Shown: positions 44,500 through 53,420 of the stretch, piece after piece | Position numbering within the stretch: position 1 is the first letter of the stretch | Layout: every line of letters begins with the position of its first letter | Source of the DNA: a virus | Virus record (IMG/VR): IMGVR_UViG_3300027554_000002 | Length of the DNA: 56,713 bases | Strand: one strand, 5' to 3' | Position numbers and translations under genes: made by a program | The notes under the pieces: generated by a model | Databases searched by the model: none | Told to the model about the DNA's origin: nothing | What the model saw: only the letters and a program-made list of their open reading frames with translations

Positions 44500-46001
44500 T
44501 ACTCGTCCTTAGTAGGCGCTTTATTAGCAGCAGGAGAATCAAACTCATCTTCATCTTCTAATTCAGGTTCCTCTAATGCAAGCTTAGCCATTTCTTCTTC
44601 AAAGCTTAATTTAGTTATACCTTGTTCAACCATCCACTCATGTATAGACTCATCGGATAGCTTAGCGCCTAATGTCTTAGCCTTAAGCATATCGACAAGC
44701 GTCGAGCCATCAAACTCATCGTCCGTGAAATCCATATTAGGTATAATTTCTATCTCGTCTGGGTTAGCTCCAAACCAAGGCGCCATAAACTTAAGAACGT
44801 CTTCTAAACCTGCTGCTCCAGACAATGCAATTTGAGGCAGAGATGCAGTCTGCGCAGATGTACGACGACGCAAAGCATCCGCCGCTTCTTTTTGCTTAGA
44901 CGTATCGTTGAGCTGGCCGCTTAGCTTTTCAGCTCGTATATAGTCGTTCTCTAACGAGCTACGCTGTTCACCAAGCCCTTCGGAAGCTACGCCTATATAC
45001 TTAGCATCGCCATTCATTGGGACGTCTATGCGAGCACCTGCGCCTGTACGTACAGTGTCATCATCAACCTTGTTGTCCGGGTCAGTGTCTATACCTATGC
45101 GAACTAGAGTGTCTTGCCCTTGCATAAACAAGCTCTGTCTGTAATCAGCTTCCCCTCTGTATATAGCAAGAACAAGCAAAGCCAATCCAAGCATAGGCGG
45201 AGAACAAGGGGCAGCGACTACATCTATGGTATTAATAAAGCTAAAAGGTATCTTTTCAAGTTGCGATCCAAGCCTGTTAGGTATAACAGCATCGACAGCC
45301 GTTTCTAATGTACCGCTCGCGTCCATTGTTGCCGTAGCGTAAAATTTACCAGTAGGATCATAACTTAGACCGCTCCCTTCAGAATCACCTGAAGTCTTTG
45401 CAAGTATGCGATACTTCTCTTTAATTTCCCATTCAAACTCCGGATTCATTACATGCGAAGTTTCATCTAATATTACAAGATCTAATTCCGCTAACTCACC
45501 AGGCTCAGCAGTACCTAAATTCCAGTTACGTATAGACTCTTCACAGTATAGTGAAAGCTTACCTAACACTTCTTTGGTTTCAGGCGACTTAACTAAATCG
45601 CCTAATACACCTATGCGGCCTGTTGTGATTTGCGCTTCGTTGATTTTACGTAGCACCATTTTAAGTGATTCACCGCTTTCTGTAGCATGCTCTTCCAAGT
45701 GCTGCATGCTCTTGGGAAGCTTTATAACGGGATCTTTCCTGTGCATAGTACCAATAGCAGTCTCAACAGCTTTGCGGTACAGGTCGGGACACACAGCGCG
45801 TAATAAGTACGAATAATAAGCTTTATGGCCAAGCGAATCCGCCTTAGCTCCGCCCATCCCGTCATATACTTGACCACTGGTCGCAGGCAAGTATTTCACA
45901 GTCTTATCTTTTACAGAGATTTCACCTCCATATACATCTTTTACGAGCTCCCATATTGGAGCTATAGCATCGTGTGATGGATGCGTAGATTTAATTCCCA
46001 T
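44499..46001 (-). CDS. Portal protein (500 aa)
   Basis: Position after terL, size, acidic C-terminus. Confidence 0.8.
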   Translation of the reverse strand: MGIKSTHPSHDAIAPIWELVKDVYGGEISVKDKTVKYLPATSGQVYDGMGGAKADSLGHKAYYSYLLRAVCPDLYRKAVETAIGTMHRKDPVIKLPKSMQHLEEHATESGESLKMVLRKINEAQITTGRIGVLGDLVKSPETKEVLGKLSLYCEESIRNWNLGTAEPGELAELDLVILDETSHVMNPEFEWEIKEKYRILAKTSGDSEGSGLSYDPTGKFYATATMDASGTLETAVDAVIPNRLGSQLEKIPFSFINTIDVVAAPCSPPMLGLALLVLAIYRGEADYRQSLFMQGQDTLVRIGIDTDPDNKVDDDTVRTGAGARIDVPMNGDAKYIGVASEGLGEQRSSLENDYIRAEKLSGQLNDTSKQKEAADALRRRTSAQTASLPQIALSGAAGLEDVLKFMAPWFGANPDEIEIIPNMDFTDDEFDGSTLVDMLKAKTLGAKLSDESIHEWMVEQGITKLSFEEEMAKLALEEPELEDEDEFDSPAANKAPTKDE

Positions 46002-46002
46002 C

Positions 46003-46242
46003 TCAGTTCCTGTTTTGTTTGCGCGATTTCTTTGCTAGCTTGTCTCGCTTGCGATTGTTTTTCCGTCGCTCCATAAACGATTCAGTTTCATAACCGTCAC
46101 GTCCAGAACGTTTACATTTATTCTTACCTGTCTTAGCCATTATTTTATTATCCTTTCGTCTTTGTTTTCTATTTCCAAACTCAGAAGATAAAGCTACGCC
46201 TTTCATATCGTATTGCTGAGCTATAGGAGAAACTTCTCTCAT
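46003..46242 (-). CDS. Very basic small protein (79 aa, Arg/Lys/Asn-rich)
   Basis: ORF track; wedged between terL and the portal gene with a 1-nt overlap. Confidence 0.5.
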   Translation of the reverse strand: MREVSPIAQQYDMKGVALSSEFGNRKQRRKDNKIMAKTGKNKCKRSGRDGYETESFMERRKNNRKRDKLAKKSRKQNRN

Positions 46243-47798
46243 TAGTGATATCCTGTTGTTGACCCTGATCCAAAACGATTGCCTGTAGCTAAAATTACAT
46301 ATCTCGATTCGTCCGCTACGTGGTCTTCAGCGTCTGTATCAACATCGTCCAACTCTTTAAGGGAACGAGGTATCACAGGCACTGTACGTATAAAGCCCTC
46401 TTGGCAATTGCGGAAAATAAATAGCCCAGGTCCTTCTCTTGGGCCGCCTCCTTCTGGTGGCTGAGCGTTGTAGATAGCTGTACGCATTTTCTCCCATCCT
46501 TGTATTCGACTGCCTGGAGTTTTAATACTACGAGTGAAGCCAACGCCTGGATATGTCTTACCGTCTATAACGACATTAGCTCGCATTTGATTTGCTATAC
46601 AGACGCCATTAACGTCATCGTTAATGGAGCTATCTGCCGGTCCAGGTTTACAACGCCCTTTGATTTTCATCTTAAGTTCGCGTTCAACAATTCCTTTCGC
46701 TATCTTAGTCGCTAGCATGCGTGTACCTGTATTAGGTTTACCCGTCCAGCCATACCATTCGTTTATACGAAAGAGATCTCCAGGTATAGTGGACAATACT
46801 TTGTTTCCAGGTAGCTGCACATCTTCACCATTAGACTCAGCCCACCAGCCCACGCTAAATGGTTTAGAACTACCCCAGTCAAACGAACGAAAGATGCGCC
46901 AGTTATGAGGTATCTTAAACGGCTCGATGACGTTGTATTGTGATGACCACACATCGTCGAACATTCCGCCGCTCGTTATATCCCAGTCGCCCCACAACCA
47001 AGCTCGACGTTTATTCATGTCCGTTATGCTTTCAAGCTCCATAATATATTCTGGGCTTAGGTACTCGTTTTCCTTATACGAGCCAAACAGACGTACTTGA
47101 GTCTTAGTTACTTCTTCGCGTTGCTTTGTTCTTGGATTATATACTTCCGCTTTATTAAATATAACTTGGCCTGGAGGTGCAGGATCGATGAAGCGTTGTT
47201 TGACCCAAGTATGCCCAACGCCATAAGGATTCGTCGTGCTAAACACTACAAGAGGGATTTCCGGAAGTATGCGCCTTATTCTAGGCTCTTCTTGAATGAT
47301 AGGACTGTGCTTGCTGGGTATAAATGACGTACGATTACAAGACATCATCATATCGTATAAGTCGCCTGTTGGATGCTTAGTTAATTCGTTCCAACCTATG
47401 AACGGGAACTCTTGTCCGTGATAATTCCAATAGTCTTGTTCTGTTTTAACTACACGAAACCAAAGCTCCTCACCTGTAGGCCATATCCACTTAAGGCCTG
47501 CTGTAGAACTTATAAACTTCGCGCCGTCACCAAACTGCCTATACCAGCGTTTAGACTTGCTTATTAAATCATCTAAGTTCTTATACTCGCGATCCAATAT
47601 TATGCCGCGCCAAAACTGCCCGTACCCTTTACCAACAAAGCGACGGAAATACATTATCTGAGCGTCTGTCTTACCCGGACCGCGCGTTCCTTCGTATAAG
47701 ATATGATTACATGGACAGCTAAGCGCCCGCATCTGCGAGCCGCTTAACGGGCGCCAAAATACTTCAGGGATATCCGTACTAGCTAAGGCACTATTCAC
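46242..47798 (-). CDS. terL: Terminase large subunit
   Basis: Walker A GTRGPGKT; C-terminal nuclease-type acidic motifs (DDVDTDAEDHVADESRY). Confidence 0.9.
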   Translation of the reverse strand: MNSALASTDIPEVFWRPLSGSQMRALSCPCNHILYEGTRGPGKTDAQIMYFRRFVGKGYGQFWRGIILDREYKNLDDLISKSKRWYRQFGDGAKFISSTAGLKWIWPTGEELWFRVVKTEQDYWNYHGQEFPFIGWNELTKHPTGDLYDMMMSCNRTSFIPSKHSPIIQEEPRIRRILPEIPLVVFSTTNPYGVGHTWVKQRFIDPAPPGQVIFNKAEVYNPRTKQREEVTKTQVRLFGSYKENEYLSPEYIMELESITDMNKRRAWLWGDWDITSGGMFDDVWSSQYNVIEPFKIPHNWRIFRSFDWGSSKPFSVGWWAESNGEDVQLPGNKVLSTIPGDLFRINEWYGWTGKPNTGTRMLATKIAKGIVERELKMKIKGRCKPGPADSSINDDVNGVCIANQMRANVVIDGKTYPGVGFTRSIKTPGSRIQGWEKMRTAIYNAQPPEGGGPREGPGLFIFRNCQEGFIRTVPVIPRSLKELDDVDTDAEDHVADESRYVILATGNRFGSGSTTGYH

Positions 47799-48294
47799 GG
47801 ACAGTCTCTTTCAGTTGCGCTTGTTCAGGAGCAGCCATAGCAGTCCACTCCTCGGGAGTAGTCATAGCAGGCACTTCCATAACACCGCCTAAACGATCGT
47901 TATTTTCCTCACCTGCTGCGAGCTCCATTTTTAAGATCTTGCTAATTTGTACTAATGCGCCTACTTGGTTTGCAGGCTTGTTAGCAGTCTTTGCATGAAC
48001 CATCAATTGGCGAATAGTGCGATTTTTCATTCGCGTTTCTTCGTTCTTGCCAATAGGCTCTTCCATCACTTCGTCTATGAGTTTAAGAGTAAAGCCCTCA
48101 TTCATAAACTGGTCGCCGAAAGCAGCCGCAAAGGCTTTATCAAAACCTACACGCAATGCAGCATGGTATTCATCCCTTCCACAAGCCACATACTCCCTCG
48201 CGAACAATAGTCGCAACTTCTTTTCTCTTGTTGTTAACTCAGGTGCTCGTAACTCTTCATCAATGTAGGAATGTGTATCTCCCATTAAATTCAA
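47791..48294 (-). CDS. terS: Terminase small subunit (putative). TTG start at 48294 or ATG at 48285.
   Basis: Position upstream of and overlapping terL; HTH-like N-terminal region (REKKLRLLFAREYVACG). Confidence 0.6.
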   Translation of the reverse strand: MNLMGDTHSYIDEELRAPELTTREKKLRLLFAREYVACGRDEYHAALRVGFDKAFAAAFGDQFMNEGFTLKLIDEVMEEPIGKNEETRMKNRTIRQLMVHAKTANKPANQVGALVQISKILKMELAAGEENNDRLGGVMEVPAMTTPEEWTAMAAPEQAQLKETVRE

Positions 48295-48370
48295 CCATAA
48301 GAAATGTGGTATGATGGGGGATAATATAGCGCATTTTCATGATTAAGGTTTAAGAATTTAACGTCAACGA

Positions 48371-48814
48371 TTATCCAGTCATATTATCTTTATAGTATTC
48401 ACGGAACCATTTCTTAAAATCGTCAATACTAACTTCAGCTCTCATATCTACTAAACTGAATTCATCTGTGTTAACAAAACAACAGACATCAAGAATAACT
48501 TTCCATTGTTTGCGGTTCTGCCTGTACATTAAAATAGGCCTCCCGTCTGTACGTGCAGCAGATGCGACAGTTTGTTTCCACCAGCTATTGATGCTTAGTT
48601 GCTCCTGTCGTTTTACTTCTATGGACAAGCCAAACGGGTTTGTTAAGTCATCCCCGCCTACAGCACTTTGATTCTGATTGCGTTGAAAAGGAAAGTCCCT
48701 AGGCTCCAATTCAAGCATACCCAACTGTTTACGAACATCGCATACGATTTCATTAAGCATTGTGGCTATCTCACGCTCAGCGCTTTGCCCTTTGGTACGG
48801 ATATTAATACCCAT
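48371..48814 (-). CDS. PD-(D/E)XK-type nuclease, Holliday-junction-resolvase-like (147 aa)
   Basis: GQSAEREIATML...GGDDL...SIEVKRQE (D...E-x-K arrangement). Confidence 0.5.
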   Translation of the reverse strand: MGINIRTKGQSAEREIATMLNEIVCDVRKQLGMLELEPRDFPFQRNQNQSAVGGDDLTNPFGLSIEVKRQEQLSINSWWKQTVASAARTDGRPILMYRQNRKQWKVILDVCCFVNTDEFSLVDMRAEVSIDDFKKWFREYYKDNMTG

Positions 48815-50358
48815 TACTTGGCTCCCCGATTACGCGCTCGACGTAGCAGTTCGTCTAGCTTGCTCATTACAGCGTCGCCTACAGCGTCGTGCGTAGCTGT
48901 TACAACAGGATTAGCAACTTGCTTACGTAATACTTTCATCTCCGCTAAGTGCTCACTCTCGCGCTTACGTAAGCGCATGGAAGCAGCTCTTAACGCTGTC
49001 ATCTCTTCCTTGTATTGCTTGTTTAGCAGCATAGACTTCTGCAAGTTACCTTTCAATATACCTACTTGCTTGTTTAGACCCGCCCGTCTAATTTCAGAGC
49101 TTTCAAATAATGCTGCGAGTCGTATAACCTTCGATTCTAAATCTAAGTATCGAATGTCTGTTGTTTCATCTAATCCCGGATCAGTAACTACCGGCGGCGC
49201 TACAGGTTTTTTATTTATAACTGGAGGAGGTATTGGCGTTACAGGTTTAATAGCAGGATAGCCACCTTTAGGCATATTCCATACACGCACATATTCAACT
49301 AATACCTCGTGATGGTGAACACGTTTACGTGAGTCTATCCAGCAACGAGCAGACAAGCCCGGATCAGGTGGTTGTTTAGGCCCGTTAGACTTATTCTCCC
49401 ATGGCGATATATTTCCATGCGCTGGATCTTTGCAACCACTGCACATCTCGCAACTCATGATTAGATATGCGTTCATATTTACGCCACGGTAATCCGTGTT
49501 AATTAATATACCATCGCAATAGAAGCGCAAGGTACCATCTAATTCCCACACTAAAGTGAACGTATGCCATCCGTTTCTTAAATCAATACCAAAATGCGCT
49601 TTCAAATCATAAGCGTTAATAGCGCTGTTTTCGCGTATAGGTGGAGGCGTATCTTTAGACGCACCTCCTATACATTTCATGAACGCTAAGTTACCGAAAT
49701 CCGGATGGCTTTCTGGACACTCCACTTCTGGAAAATCAATTTCAACTACAGTTGGATTACTATCGTATTCAGTCCCAGCAATTACTTCAGCAGGGTTATC
49801 AGGCGTATCTACTTGTCCGCCTTTAGTTGCACCCATAGCCCACATCGACCAACGCACTCCGTCCATTACTTGATTTTCGAAGTTAACTCTAGTTTCTACA
49901 ATACTGCCTTTACCGAAAGTCATAACAGGCTTAGACCAGTCTGTTACATGTCGTTTATGTTTCTCAGACCACTTACGTGTCCACGTACTAAGCCAAGGCG
50001 CATACGGAATCATATTGCCCATAGGCTTCTGTTTATTGTCACTCCCTATAAAATTATTACGATACGGGTTATGCACTGGATCAATGTATTGTTTTAATAC
50101 CAGCAAATTGTTTCGAGTGAATTGTACTTTGTTACGGTACTTGTTCATCAGTGCAGCATGACGTCCAGGTACTTTTATCCCGTCTAACTTATAGTCTATG
50201 TCGCCATTAATTGTTAAGTGCCTATATCCTGCGCGATGTAAATCATCTTCTTCAAAAGTGTCCTGATACCACTTCTCTAAGCCTTTATCAAACTCGTCGT
50301 TCCATGCAAGCTCTACATCTGGATATGAGTTCGTAGGTAAGGTAGGTGTAAACGACAT
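48814..50358 (-). CDS. GH16-family-like glycoside hydrolase with a Pro-rich linker and a C-terminal coiled coil (514 aa)
   Basis: WSMWAMG, catalytic-type EIDFPE (E-x-D-x-x-E, nt 49743..49726), WHTFTLVWELDGTLRFYCDG, AYLIMSCEM. Confidence 0.7.
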   Translation of the reverse strand: MSFTPTLPTNSYPDVELAWNDEFDKGLEKWYQDTFEEDDLHRAGYRHLTINGDIDYKLDGIKVPGRHAALMNKYRNKVQFTRNNLLVLKQYIDPVHNPYRNNFIGSDNKQKPMGNMIPYAPWLSTWTRKWSEKHKRHVTDWSKPVMTFGKGSIVETRVNFENQVMDGVRWSMWAMGATKGGQVDTPDNPAEVIAGTEYDSNPTVVEIDFPEVECPESHPDFGNLAFMKCIGGASKDTPPPIRENSAINAYDLKAHFGIDLRNGWHTFTLVWELDGTLRFYCDGILINTDYRGVNMNAYLIMSCEMCSGCKDPAHGNISPWENKSNGPKQPPDPGLSARCWIDSRKRVHHHEVLVEYVRVWNMPKGGYPAIKPVTPIPPPVINKKPVAPPVVTDPGLDETTDIRYLDLESKVIRLAALFESSEIRRAGLNKQVGILKGNLQKSMLLNKQYKEEMTALRAASMRLRKRESEHLAEMKVLRKQVANPVVTATHDAVGDAVMSKLDELLRRARNRGAK

Positions 50359-50375
50359 ATTCTTTTTCCTAAGGA

Positions 50376-50564
50376 TTATATTTCTAGTATTAAATTGTCA
50401 GCAGTAATAACAGTGCATATTGTTGGTCCGCTACTGATGCCGGTTTGGGTCATCCATGTTTGAACGTAATAACAAACTAAATCCCCTTCAGTAAATAAAC
50501 GGGGCAGGGTAATTTCTTGATCCGGACGATATCGAAAACTAAAATTAGCAAGCTCGCCATTCAA
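50376..50564 (-). CDS. Hypothetical ORF (62 aa from TTG; no ATG, no RBS), in frame with the upstream TGA stop
   Basis: The frame is open from 50630 down to 50376. Gene packing (17 nt to the next gene) argues that it is coding. Confidence 0.35.
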   Translation of the reverse strand: MNGELANFSFRYRPDQEITLPRLFTEGDLVCYYVQTWMTQTGISSGPTICTVITADNLILEI

Positions 50565-50594
50565 AGTATGATAAACAAGATAAGACTCAACGCT

Positions 50595-50619
50595 ATCCGC
50601 CTCCAGAGTAGAGGCGGAT
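50595..50619 (-). other. Perfect 9-bp hairpin beginning 11 nt after the TGA stop of the secreted-protein gene
   Basis: atccgcctc-N7-gaggcggat; no following U-tract on the minus strand. Confidence 0.6.
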
Positions 50620-50630
50620 GAGCTGTCAGT

Positions 50631-51923
50631 TCAAGGTATTAACAATTGACAAGCGGCAAGGTCTGCTTGAGCAGTTGCTAGATCCGCTTGAGCAGTTGCT
50701 AGATCCGTGGCTACCAGTAGCGCTGCCTGCTCTGTAGTAGCGAGATCAGCTTCGCAGGTAGCCAAGTCGGCTTGTGCAGTTGCAAGCGCTGCGAGCGCGG
50801 CGGTCTCCGCTTGCTGTGCTGTTAGCAAATCGGCTTCCGCTTGCAGTTGCGCAGCTTCAGCATTAGCTTGGGCCGTCTCCGCAGCAATTTGCGCAGCTTC
50901 GGCAGTAGCAACATCAGCTTCTAGTCCAATGATTGTCCCTTCTGCTGTCGCTAAATCTGCTTCCGCTGCCGCCTGCAAAGCCTGCGCATCAAGTATATCT
51001 TGCGCTGTACCTGTATTGGCTAGTAGTGCAGCCGCAAGGTCCGCTTCCGCTGTTGCTAGCGCTGCTTCTGCTGCTGCTTGAGCTGCCTGGGCATCTAGCA
51101 CGTCTTGAGCCGTTGAGTTCCCGGCAATTGCCGCAGCCAAATCTATCTGCGCCTGTTCTAAGTCCGCTTCTGTTTGAGTTAACGTTGCAAGAAGAGTTAA
51201 GTTAGCAGTTGTCAAACCTAAGTTAGCAGCTTCTATCACAGCACAATCAAGAGGGGCTGTCACACTGTTAGCTAAGTTAGAAGGACTTGATATGGAACCG
51301 TCCGGATATATCGCTGTTACGTAATACTCATTACCTACTACATGGTTTTCCACAGCATAGCTAGGTGAACCATTTGTGATAGTGTATTCATAAACATCAT
51401 TTCGATATACATTCCACTTAACTGAGTTAACAGGTGGCACCCAGGTCAACAGATCGTTATCATCTAACGAAACATTAGTTGGGATCGCATTAGCTGTAGA
51501 GCCTGAAAAGACTGAACATTCCGTGCTACCTCCTGCACCTATAGGCGTAGTGAAATCATAAGTTACGCTTTGCGAAGCAGAGGGCTGAGAACATTCTTCA
51601 TTCGCGTTACAACCTATAACAAAATATTTATAGGTCTCGTTTTCGCTAACTTCAGTATCTGTCCATGCTGTTCCATTAATAAATGATCCAACTTCATGTC
51701 CATCACGGTATACGCGATAAGATACAGCGCTAGAAGTTTGCTCCCAGTTTAAAACAACGCCACCTGGTTGAGATACGACAACTAGATTAACAGGTACAGG
51801 TTCCCCGTTATCCATTGTAATACCGTTGCCATGCGTGTGATTCGCTGTTTCGTGCGCATAAGCAAGGGTCGTGGATAGTGTAGCTAGTATAGCGAAAGGT
51901 ATAGCTATATGGGCTCGCTTCAT
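50631..51923 (-). CDS. Sec-secreted protein: signal peptide, two FN3-like beta modules, ~190-aa Ala-rich repeat region (430 aa)
   Basis: MKRAHIAIPFAILATLSTTLAYA/HE; LNWEQTSSAVSYRVYRDG and LTWVPPVNSVKWNVYRND repeats; AQADLATAQADLA-type heptads. Confidence 0.75.
   Translation of the reverse strand: MKRAHIAIPFAILATLSTTLAYAHETANHTHGNGITMDNGEPVPVNLVVVSQPGGVVLNWEQTSSAVSYRVYRDGHEVGSFINGTAWTDTEVSENETYKYFVIGCNANEECSQPSASQSVTYDFTTPIGAGGSTECSVFSGSTANAIPTNVSLDDNDLLTWVPPVNSVKWNVYRNDVYEYTITNGSPSYAVENHVVGNEYYVTAIYPDGSISSPSNLANSVTAPLDCAVIEAANLGLTTANLTLLATLTQTEADLEQAQIDLAAAIAGNSTAQDVLDAQAAQAAAEAALATAEADLAAALLANTGTAQDILDAQALQAAAEADLATAEGTIIGLEADVATAEAAQIAAETAQANAEAAQLQAEADLLTAQQAETAALAALATAQADLATCEADLATTEQAALLVATDLATAQADLATAQADLAACQLLIP
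50665..50706. repeat. Perfect 21-bp tandem duplication (gcttgagcagttgctagatcc x2) in the Ala-rich coding region
   Basis: Read directly; encodes the repeated LATAQAD heptad. Confidence 0.9.
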
Positions 51924-52062
51924 AATAAGTGATTCCGGTTATTAATTAAAAAGAAAATATAATGCAGCCAAGCTGAGTACCGGCAGGATTGCCGCTACTA
52001 GTAAAAGTAGATAAAATTCTTTATGGCACACAGCTTAAACTCATACTGATTACAACAGGGTT

Positions 52063-52090
52063 ATTATACGCGACTTTGCAACAGTCACAA
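52063..52090 (-). promoter_or_regulatory. Sigma70-type promoter P4: TTGTGA-N16-TATAAT, about 140-nt leader to the secreted-protein gene
   Basis: Consensus -10; intergenic. Confidence 0.55.
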
Positions 52091-52098
52091 CAATAATA

Positions 52099-52437
52099 TT
52101 AACCTATGCCTAATAGTGCTTTAATCTCCTCAGCTCTAGCATCTCCACCCGCTTCCCATGCGTAAGTTATCAATTGTTCGGTTATTACACTCATAGGGAC
52201 ATTCTCGTCCCAGCTTGCCTGGAACACGCCATAAAAGAAAAAAGACTGTAGGCCATCGTTAACGATACGCTGGTATTGTACGCCAGCGTCTACCTTATAG
52301 CTCCATTCAGGTTGGAGCTGTTCCACGCGCTTACGTGCAGCCATCACAAGCTGTCGCACTTGTGTGTCCTCGCACTGCTCCTCAAACTTGATAAGTTCAA
52401 TAATAAGCTCCGAATCTTGCATATCTAAATAGCTCAC
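52099..52437 (-). CDS. Hypothetical protein (112 aa)
   Basis: ORF track; ATGA overlap. Confidence 0.6.
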   Translation of the reverse strand: MSYLDMQDSELIIELIKFEEQCEDTQVRQLVMAARKRVEQLQPEWSYKVDAGVQYQRIVNDGLQSFFFYGVFQASWDENVPMSVITEQLITYAWEAGGDARAEEIKALLGIG

Positions 52438-52652
52438 ATGCCTCTCCCATATTCAGCAGCACTTTGATCACAAACTTTCATCTTGACCGTAAATAAAACC
52501 TTTTGACCACACTCCTTGCATTCGCAATTATCGTGATCCGGATCTGTTTGTGTGAATACAACATCTCCAAAAGGCTCGCTCTTAAGCGGCTTGCCCATAT
52601 CGCGCTTATCATTACACGTGACACACAAATTATAGTTATAAAAATCGCTCAT
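52434..52652 (-). CDS. Hypothetical Zn-ribbon protein (72 aa; CVTC...CECKECG)
   Basis: ORF track; ATGA overlaps on both sides. Confidence 0.55.
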   Translation of the reverse strand: MSDFYNYNLCVTCNDKRDMGKPLKSEPFGDVVFTQTDPDHDNCECKECGQKVLFTVKMKVCDQSAAEYGRGM

Positions 52653-52798
52653 CTCATTTCCTCAATTTGGTATTCAAGCGAATCAATTTTGTTAGCTAGA
52701 TTATCAGCTTCAACTTGATCCATATCCCTACCTTCTCGGTCGTACTGCTCGCGGGCATCCGCGAGCTCCTCGATAAGGTCTTGCAATTCGCTGTTCAT
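52649..52798 (-). CDS. Hypothetical acidic helical peptide (49 aa); not in the ORF track
   Basis: MNSELQDLIEELADAREQYDREGRDMDQVEADNLANKIDSLEYQIEEMR. It fills the gap exactly, with ATGA overlaps at both ends. Confidence 0.5.
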   Translation of the reverse strand: MNSELQDLIEELADAREQYDREGRDMDQVEADNLANKIDSLEYQIEEMR

Positions 52799-53004
52799 CC
52801 CCCTACCTCCCAATCTTCGTTCTGCTTCTGCAACTCAACGAAGCTCACCAGGTTTCTTAGTTGCTCCGAACTTAGCGGCATTAGGTCGAACGTGCTAGCG
52901 AAGTGCGAAGCGATAATTTCAGCGTCGCTAGTCTCGCGTAGACAAGCGATTTCGCGAACTAGCGTTTCTATGATGCGTATGTTTAGATTTCCGTAATGTG
53001 TCAT
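52795..53004 (-). CDS. Hypothetical protein (69 aa)
   Basis: ORF track. Confidence 0.5.
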   Translation of the reverse strand: MTHYGNLNIRIIETLVREIACLRETSDAEIIASHFASTFDLMPLSSEQLRNLVSFVELQKQNEDWEVGG

Positions 53005-53016
53005 TAGTAAGCCCTT

Positions 53017-53379
53017 TTATGAAGTGTAAATGTTGAAAAGATAAACAAAGCGTCCGCTAGGTAATTCATGCGTACCTGCAAATTCTTTATCGTCACGACC
53101 ACAAGCATTTCGAGCGCCTGGTGCAGTAGCATAAGATTTTTTAGACTGGATTGTATCAAATGGGACAGGAGATACTGGCGTAGTAGCAGCGTCAACGCCG
53201 GCCTGGAAAGCTGCTGCTAATGCAGCTTTCATATTCCAGACTGCTATATCGTGGAAGTCGTCGCTGTCGTTATTGCGTGTCTCTAACGTTTCAATGTTGA
53301 AACGCTTAACTGCAATAGCTTCTAGCTTCGCGTCGATGTCTGCGTCTGTCATTTGCGAGATTTTTGTAACTGTTGTCAT
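53017..53379 (-). CDS. Hypothetical protein (120 aa). Start moved to the internal ATG (MTTVTKISQ...).
   Basis: GAAGGA RBS before ATG 53379. The longer track ORF would cover promoter P2. Contains LETRNNDSDDFHDIAVW. Confidence 0.55.
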   Translation of the reverse strand: MTTVTKISQMTDADIDAKLEAIAVKRFNIETLETRNNDSDDFHDIAVWNMKAALAAAFQAGVDAATTPVSPVPFDTIQSKKSYATAPGARNACGRDDKEFAGTHELPSGRFVYLFNIYTS

Positions 53380-53420
53380 TTGCTTAATTCCTTCGTAGTT
53401 AATTGTTAGTCGATGTGTGC

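Noticed and set aside
50707-51205. Plus-strand Ala/Ser-rich ORFs antisense to the secreted-protein gene
   Set aside because: They are a reverse-complement shadow of GCN-rich alanine repeats.
53004-53195. 63-aa ORF overlapping gene 53017..53379 in another frame
   Set aside because: It is nested out of frame in a gene with a clear promoter and RBS, and it has no start context of its own.
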